NCBI GenBank assembly: GCA_041690295.1
Contig: JAWLHR010000007.1
Coordinates: forward strand, 32,001 to 96,000
Direction of reading: 5' to 3'
Length of the DNA: 64,000 bases
Source: Bdellovibrionales bacterium
GTDB lineage: Bacteria > Bdellovibrionota > Bdellovibrionia > Bdellovibrionales > UBA1609
A model generated the notes under the pieces. The model did not search any database. It saw only the letters and a program-made list of their open reading frames with translations, and was not told where the DNA came from. Every line of letters starts with the position of its first letter. Position 1 is the first letter of the stretch. The position numbers and the translations under genes were made by a program. Positions 58,274 through 64,000 of this stretch are shown piece by piece.

Positions 58274-59077
58274 ATGAAGGCCTTTTTTATCACGATTCCC
58301 CATTCTGGGGAGCAGGTGCCTCCGGAAACGCCCTGGCTGCGTGAATTGCCGGAAACGGTGTTGATGTGTGATGTGGACCGGTTTGTCGACCGTCTTTACC
58401 GACCCGTCATACAAAAGCTGAACCTTCCCCATGTCGTGACCGAATGGCATCGCTACGTGGTGGACCTGAACCGTTGGGTGGATGACGTGGACGCCTCTTC
58501 GGTTCAAGGACATCCCAACCCGCCGGGAAAATTCTGGAATGGACTTCATTGGATTCGAACCACGCGCGGTCAAGTTCTCATGCCTGAGCCGATGCCTGAA
58601 GCATTGCATAAGCAATTGGTGCAAAAGTACTTTCAACCATTTCATGAAAAAGTGCGGTCCATTTACGCGGATTTTCACGCCCGAGGCGCGAAGGAAGTTT
58701 TTCATTTGGATGCCCATTCGATGCCATCAGTGGGTACGCCTTCCCATCGCGACCCCGGAGAGGTGCGTGCCGACATCGTGATTTCGGATTGCGAAGGCAA
58801 AAGCTGTTCGGCCGACTATAAAGATTTGGTGATTCGCGCGTATCAGTGCGCGGGCTTCAGAGTGGCTTACAACTGGCCCTATGTGGGCGGTCGGGTGACG
58901 CAAACCTACGGCCAACCGAAAGATGGCCATCATGCCATTCAAGTGGAAATCAGCCGGCGTTTGTACATGGATGAAGAGACCAAGCAGTGGTTGCCGGAAA
59001 AGGCCGAAGCCCTGTCAGCGCAACTGACTCAAGCCGTGGAGCATATTTTCAACCATCTGCCGGAATCGGCCGCATGA
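58274..59077 (+). CDS. N-formylglutamate amidohydrolase
   Basis: IPHSG, RYVVDLNR, DAHSM, NWPYVGG and QVEISR motifs. Confidence 0.92.
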   Translation: MKAFFITIPHSGEQVPPETPWLRELPETVLMCDVDRFVDRLYRPVIQKLNLPHVVTEWHRYVVDLNRWVDDVDASSVQGHPNPPGKFWNGLHWIRTTRGQVLMPEPMPEALHKQLVQKYFQPFHEKVRSIYADFHARGAKEVFHLDAHSMPSVGTPSHRDPGEVRADIVISDCEGKSCSADYKDLVIRAYQCAGFRVAYNWPYVGGRVTQTYGQPKDGHHAIQVEISRRLYMDEETKQWLPEKAEALSAQLTQAVEHIFNHLPESAA

Positions 59078-60465
59078 CCAAGTGGACTGATCGCCTTCTC
59101 AAATTTCTCGCCTCATTAAAGCTAGCGGTCTTTGTTTTAATCAGTTTAGCCGTGATCTCCGCGGTCGGGACCGTGGTGGAGGCGCGCTACAATGACGCTT
59201 TTGTGGCGCAAAAGCTCGTCTATCACTCCGGTTACATGTACTTCATCATGGGCTTGCTTTGTATCAATCTGATCGCGGTCATGGTGGACCGGTGGCCGTG
59301 GCGACAGCGACACACGGGGTTTGTCTTGGCTCACGTGGGGATCGTGATCTTGCTCATCGGATCTTGGGTGACCCAACGCTACGGCATCGACGGGTCAATG
59401 GCCTTTCAGATCGGCGAGAGTGTTCGACACGTGACGGTTCCCGAGCGGGATTTAACCGTGATCGCCTCTTTGGATGGTTCCACCTTCAATACCATTTTCG
59501 AGTCCGAAACGGATTTCCTGCGTGATCCGCCCGATGCGAAAAATCCTTTCATCGTGCAACTGGGCGCGGACCAGTTGAAGATCGTCGAATATCACCATTT
59601 CGCCTATCGAGAATCGCAAATTATCAAGAGCGCACTGGAGTCGGATGGGCCCGCGGTCCGATTCCAGTTGGCCAACCCCAATGTGAATCTCAGTGAATGG
59701 TTACGGCGTGATCTGACCAAAGCGGAATCCCAGGTGGATTTGGGGCCGGCGCGCATCGTGCTCGCGCGCCAGATGCCGTCGCCGACAGGCCGGAACGAAA
59801 TCTTTCTGGTGGTGCCGGATAAATCGCGCAAATTGCGTTACGCGATCTACAATAAAGACAAAACCTTGCGCGCCAAGGGTGAGCTCAAGGAAAGCGACAC
59901 CATTGAAACCGGTTGGATGGGGTTGAAGTTCCGCATCTTACGATTTTTACCCAACGCCCGCGAGGAAGTCCGGTTCATTCCCGCGCCTCGTTCCACTCCC
60001 GCCACCACGTCGGCGTTTCGCTTTGAGTTCAGAGGCAAAGAGTATTGGCTGGGGCTGAATTCGGTCACACGGCTTTATCTCGAAGACCGGGTTTATTTCA
60101 TCAGCTATGGCAATCGCCGGTTGGAACTGAGTTTTCCGTTAACACTTAAACAGTTTCGAGTCGGGACCTATCAGGGGACGGCGCGCGCGGCCAGCTATGA
60201 AAGTGAAGTGGAAGTTCCCGGTCGCGGTCAGGTCCTGATTTCCATGAATGAACCTTTGAAACACGAGGGTTTCACTTTTTATCAAAGCTCGTTTGAGCGG
60301 AACGAGAAAGGTGAGCCGGTGATCTCCATTTTGTCGGTGAACCATGATCCGGGCCGCGGATTGAAATACCTCGGTTCGTTCATGATCGTCCTTGGGTCCA
60401 TTATCTTGTTTTATTTCCGGGGAACCACAATCTTCGGCATCCGCGTGAGGGGTGTAAAAAAATGA
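59074..60465 (+). CDS. resB: Cytochrome c biogenesis protein ResB/CcsB
   Basis: FLASLKLA, GFVLAHVG, ISMNEPL..FYQSS and DPG motifs. Confidence 0.88.
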   Translation: MTKWTDRLLKFLASLKLAVFVLISLAVISAVGTVVEARYNDAFVAQKLVYHSGYMYFIMGLLCINLIAVMVDRWPWRQRHTGFVLAHVGIVILLIGSWVTQRYGIDGSMAFQIGESVRHVTVPERDLTVIASLDGSTFNTIFESETDFLRDPPDAKNPFIVQLGADQLKIVEYHHFAYRESQIIKSALESDGPAVRFQLANPNVNLSEWLRRDLTKAESQVDLGPARIVLARQMPSPTGRNEIFLVVPDKSRKLRYAIYNKDKTLRAKGELKESDTIETGWMGLKFRILRFLPNAREEVRFIPAPRSTPATTSAFRFEFRGKEYWLGLNSVTRLYLEDRVYFISYGNRRLELSFPLTLKQFRVGTYQGTARAASYESEVEVPGRGQVLISMNEPLKHEGFTFYQSSFERNEKGEPVISILSVNHDPGRGLKYLGSFMIVLGSIILFYFRGTTIFGIRVRGVKK

Positions 60466-62102
60466 ATCTTCGTCGCTTCGCTTTGGTTTTGCTGTTTTTC
60501 CCGATCTTTTCCTGGGCGATGAGCTTAAGCCAAGCCCTGGATGAAATCCCCATCCAAAACGCCGGGCGGATCAAACCCTTCTCCACCTTCGCGCAGGAAT
60601 CCCTTCAACTGATTTATGGAAAAAGCAAATATAACGGAAAGGACGCCACCGAAATCGTTTTCACCTGGATCTTGATTCCGGATCAATGGATGAACACGCC
60701 GATCATTGAACTCCGTCACGCCGGGCTTAAGGAAGCGCTGAAGATCGAAATGCCGGCCTCCGAGCGCCACATCACGGCGCAGGCTTTGTTCGCCAATGAG
60801 CGCGTGCCATTGATTCTTCAGGAATTGAATACATTGCGTGGGCGCCAGGAAAAGCTGAATCCTTACTATCAGGCGGTCCAACGGTTGGAGAGTCAGCTGG
60901 GGCTTTTTCAGGCGATTCGTAGCGGGGAGGCGATCCGCTTGGTGCCGGATCCGGAAAGCGACACTTGGAAATCCGTGCCTGAACTGGAAGGTGAAATGCG
61001 TGAGGCCTTCACGGCCGTGGCCAGAGGTTTCGTGGACTCGATCGTGAAGTCATCGGGCTCGAACAATCCGCAGGCGAGTCCGGAGTTGGAAACCGCGGTT
61101 AGGGAATTCATGGACAAAGCCAAAGCGCAAGCGCCCGAAAAGTACGCGGATATGGAGAAAATCTCGTTGGAGCACCATCTTAACCGCTTTCATCCTTTTA
61201 TGTGGGCGTGGATCGCCTATTTGGCGGGACTGATTGTGTTGGTTGCCAATCAAATGTCGGCTCAAACATGGTCACGTTTCACGGCCTTCGCCTTTCTTTA
61301 TCTGGGGTTCGCGCTCCATCTTTATGGAATGCTTATTCGTTCCTACATCGCCGGCCGCCCGCCGGTGACCAATATGTATGAAACCGTGGTTTGGGTGCCA
61401 TGGGCGAGCGTGCTCTTTGGTTTTATTTTGGAGCGCTTCAAAAAGGACAAGCTATTACTGATGGCCGCGTCGTCCGTGGCGGTCCTTTGCTTGATTCTGA
61501 CCGATCTTGCGCCCACGGTTTTGGACAAGAGTATTCATCCGTTGGAGCCGGTTTTGCGTTCGAATTTCTGGCTCCTGACTCACGTATTGATAATCAATCT
61601 CGGCTACGCGGCCTTTTTCCTGGCCTTCGCCTTGGGCGACGTCCTTTTGTTTCTGTTCTTGAAAGATGAAAAGCGGTTCGCTCAAACCATCCAAACGGGA
61701 GCCCACTCTATATATAGGTCATTGCAAATTGGCGTGGTGCTTTTGGCGGCCGGAACCATTTTAGGTGGTGTTTGGGCGGATTATTCCTGGGGTCGGTTTT
61801 GGGGTTGGGACCCTAAAGAAACCTGGGCGTTGATTTCTTTGCTGGGATATTTGGCACTTCTCCATGGTCGCCTTGTCGGATGGGTGAAAAATTTCGAATT
61901 GGCCGCGGGTGCGGTCGTCACTTTTTCTCTGATTATCATGGCTTGGTACGGAGTGAATTTCGTCTTGGGCGCGGGCTTGCACTCGTACGGATTCGGCGCC
62001 GGTGGCGTGGAGTATGTTTCCGGTTTCGTCGTCGTTCACATCTTGTATGTGGCCTATGTATCAACAGTGCGTTATCAGCGATTGAAAAACCAAACAAGAT
62101 AA
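60462..62102 (+). CDS. ccsA: Cytochrome c biogenesis protein CcsA (system II)
   Basis: GRIKP, PVTNMYE and WADYSWGRFWGWDPKETW (WWD domain). Confidence 0.93.
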   Translation: MNLRRFALVLLFFPIFSWAMSLSQALDEIPIQNAGRIKPFSTFAQESLQLIYGKSKYNGKDATEIVFTWILIPDQWMNTPIIELRHAGLKEALKIEMPASERHITAQALFANERVPLILQELNTLRGRQEKLNPYYQAVQRLESQLGLFQAIRSGEAIRLVPDPESDTWKSVPELEGEMREAFTAVARGFVDSIVKSSGSNNPQASPELETAVREFMDKAKAQAPEKYADMEKISLEHHLNRFHPFMWAWIAYLAGLIVLVANQMSAQTWSRFTAFAFLYLGFALHLYGMLIRSYIAGRPPVTNMYETVVWVPWASVLFGFILERFKKDKLLLMAASSVAVLCLILTDLAPTVLDKSIHPLEPVLRSNFWLLTHVLIINLGYAAFFLAFALGDVLLFLFLKDEKRFAQTIQTGAHSIYRSLQIGVVLLAAGTILGGVWADYSWGRFWGWDPKETWALISLLGYLALLHGRLVGWVKNFELAAGAVVTFSLIIMAWYGVNFVLGAGLHSYGFGAGGVEYVSGFVVVHILYVAYVSTVRYQRLKNQTR

Positions 62103-62177
62103 TGACATCAGTATGTTGGTTGGTTATCTCTACGTAACAACTAACTGAGAAAATCCATCAGTGAACAAGGTCTGACT

Positions 62178-62717
62178 ATGACTAAAAAGTTCGTCGGTGC
62201 TCTCGTCGTCTTTTCAATTTTAGGTGGCCTGAGCGCGCTAGTTTATGCTCTCTCCAATAACAAAGTGGTGATCGGTTACAATCAGGGATACGAACCTGAT
62301 CAACCCATTCCATTCTCCCACAAGCTTCATGCGGGTCAGTATAAAATCGATTGCAAATACTGCCACACCGGTACGGAAACTTCGAAACACGCCTCGGTTC
62401 CCAGCTTGAATGTTTGTATGAATTGTCATGGACCGGGATTGGTTCAAAAAGAAAGCGATTGGATCAACGCCATTCGTGAGGCCTACAATTCCGGTAAATC
62501 CGTGGCCTGGCAAAAGGTGCATTTGTTGCCTGACTTTGTCCGCTTTCACCATGGTCCGCACATCAAAGCCGGCAAAGATTGTACGGAATGTCACGGAAAC
62601 GTGGCCGAGATGGAAAAAATCAAACAGGTTTCATCCCTCTCGATGGGATGGTGTGTACAATGCCATCGCCAGCCCGAGAACAATGCTCCAACCAATTGCA
62701 GCACCTGCCACTATTAA
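62178..62717 (+). CDS. actA: Pentaheme cytochrome c, alternative complex III subunit ActA
   Basis: TM, PDQPIPFSHKLHAG and five CxxCH motifs. Confidence 0.9.
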   Translation: MTKKFVGALVVFSILGGLSALVYALSNNKVVIGYNQGYEPDQPIPFSHKLHAGQYKIDCKYCHTGTETSKHASVPSLNVCMNCHGPGLVQKESDWINAIREAYNSGKSVAWQKVHLLPDFVRFHHGPHIKAGKDCTECHGNVAEMEKIKQVSSLSMGWCVQCHRQPENNAPTNCSTCHY

Positions 62718-62729
62718 AAGAGGCTCAGT

Positions 62730-64000
62730 ATGGAAACCCAAAATCACGGTGTGACGAACAAATACTGGATGAGTCTGGAACAATGGCGAAACGATCCCGA
62801 ATTCGCCAGATTGGTCGAAAACGAATTCCGCTCTTCGCCGTTGCAATCGGAAGACGGGAAAGATGGATGGGCCCGTCGTGAGTTTTTAAAACTAATGGGC
62901 GCCTCCTTGGCGTTGACAACCTTTGGCTGTGTGCGCCGCCCGGCTCAGAAAATCATTCCTTACGCCAAGAAACCGGTGGAAGTGACCCACGGAATTCCCA
63001 ACTTTTATGCCTCCGCGTACAGCGAAGGATATGAATCCATTGGGATTCTGGTCACCACACGGGATGGCCGTCCGATCAAGATTGAAGGTAATCCTGATCA
63101 CCCGGGCAATCAGGGGGGCACATCAGCGCGCGCGATCGCGCATATTTTGAAACTTTACGATCCTGACCGGTTCACGAACGCCAAACGCAATTTGCAAAAC
63201 GCCACGCGCACCAATCGCGAAACCGTGAACGTGAGTTGGGAGAATGTTGATAAAGCCGTTGTGGAACAGCTGAAAAAAGGCAAGGTGGCCATGTTGATGG
63301 GCACCCAGATTTCGCCGTCCACTCAGGCCCTGATCGAAGATTTCGCCGGCGCCACCAATGCCACTCTTTATAATTACGACGATCTCTCTCACAGCTCGTT
63401 TTTGGAAGCGCAGAAAGTATGTTACGGTCAAAAAGCGCTGCCCCGGTATCGGATCGACCGGGCCAAATACATCGTCGCCATTAACAATGATTTCCTCGGC
63501 ACTTGGTTGACGCCGACCCACTTCAATCGCCAGTTCGCCGAAGGACGGCGTGCGATGCCTGAAATGAACAAGCTCGTGGTCTTCGAATCGCTGATGAGCT
63601 TGACCGGCACCAATGCCGATCGACGCTTCCGCATTCGCCCGTCACAATCTTTGGATGTGGTGATGGCGCTCTTGCACGAGATCATCGTGGTTAAGAAGGT
63701 TTCCCGCTACGCTTCGGACGGGGCTGTTTTACGAATGCTCTCGGCGTTCGCCCGTAACGGCGGCGATCTGGGCGTGGATGTCACCGGCGTCGCCGATGAA
63801 TTGATCAAGAATCGCGGCCAGTCTCTGGTGCTCGCGGGTGGTCTGCCCGCGGAGACGGAAAATGCGATGTCGCTTTATATCGCGACGAATTTCCTCAACG
63901 CGGTTCTAGATAACGAAGGTAAGACCGTTGAACCCGCGGCGGTGGAAGCTTGGGGCACGCAGCGTGGAATCAGTGAGCTCGTGACCGCTTTGAAAAACAA
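62730..64000 (+). CDS. actB: TAT-variant-translocated molybdopterin oxidoreductase-like protein, ACIII ActB (truncated)
   Basis: Manual translation METQNHGVTNKYWMSLEQW..EF..ARREFLKLMGASLAL..GCVRRP..IIPY and GRPIKIEGNPDHP. Runs off the window. Confidence 0.9.
   Translation, partial: METQNHGVTNKYWMSLEQWRNDPEFARLVENEFRSSPLQSEDGKDGWARREFLKLMGASLALTTFGCVRRPAQKIIPYAKKPVEVTHGIPNFYASAYSEGYESIGILVTTRDGRPIKIEGNPDHPGNQGGTSARAIAHILKLYDPDRFTNAKRNLQNATRTNRETVNVSWENVDKAVVEQLKKGKVAMLMGTQISPSTQALIEDFAGATNATLYNYDDLSHSSFLEAQKVCYGQKALPRYRIDRAKYIVAINNDFLGTWLTPTHFNRQFAEGRRAMPEMNKLVVFESLMSLTGTNADRRFRIRPSQSLDVVMALLHEIIVVKKVSRYASDGAVLRMLSAFARNGGDLGVDVTGVADELIKNRGQSLVLAGGLPAETENAMSLYIATNFLNAVLDNEGKTVEPAAVEAWGTQRGISELVTALKN

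Noticed and set aside
1..64000. CRISPR arrays, IS elements, toxin-antitoxin or defence systems
   Set aside because: No regularly spaced repeats, transposases or recognisable defence domains were found by eye.

Overview
Core-chromosome segment of a Bdellovibrionales-like predatory bacterium. The taxonomy is inferred from gene content and synteny, not from a database search. In order: a truncated response regulator; trxA; a SAM methyltransferase; rodA-mrdA-mreD-mreC (no mreB) divergent from a PpiD-like PPIase; a subtilase-TM-PilZ fusion; an accessory block of beta-barrels, small exported proteins and a divergent M13 peptidase next to tRNA-Leu(CAA); rimI-rimP-nusA-infB-rbfA-truB-rpsO-pnp-M16 peptidase-dut; mutL-miaA-yicC-gmk-rpoZ-rel/spoT; ssb; a type II secretion operon (gspC-N); a pseudo-FabD; CBS, PduO and N-formylglutamate amidohydrolase genes; system II cytochrome c maturation genes; and the start of alternative complex III (actA, actB). 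No CRISPR array, integrase or transposase was seen. Main leads: (1) a possibly c-di-GMP-coupled membrane protease under a sigma28-like promoter; (2) four sigma54 promoters, one driving an unannotated 50-aa peptide and one a catalytically dead FabD; (3) a membrane protein with NDxxLK/TGKLSD motifs paired with an 'ATS'-motif exported protein; (4) a structured RNA between rpoZ and rel/spoT; (5) a perfect 42-bp palindrome; (6) recurring leaderless-type promoters.
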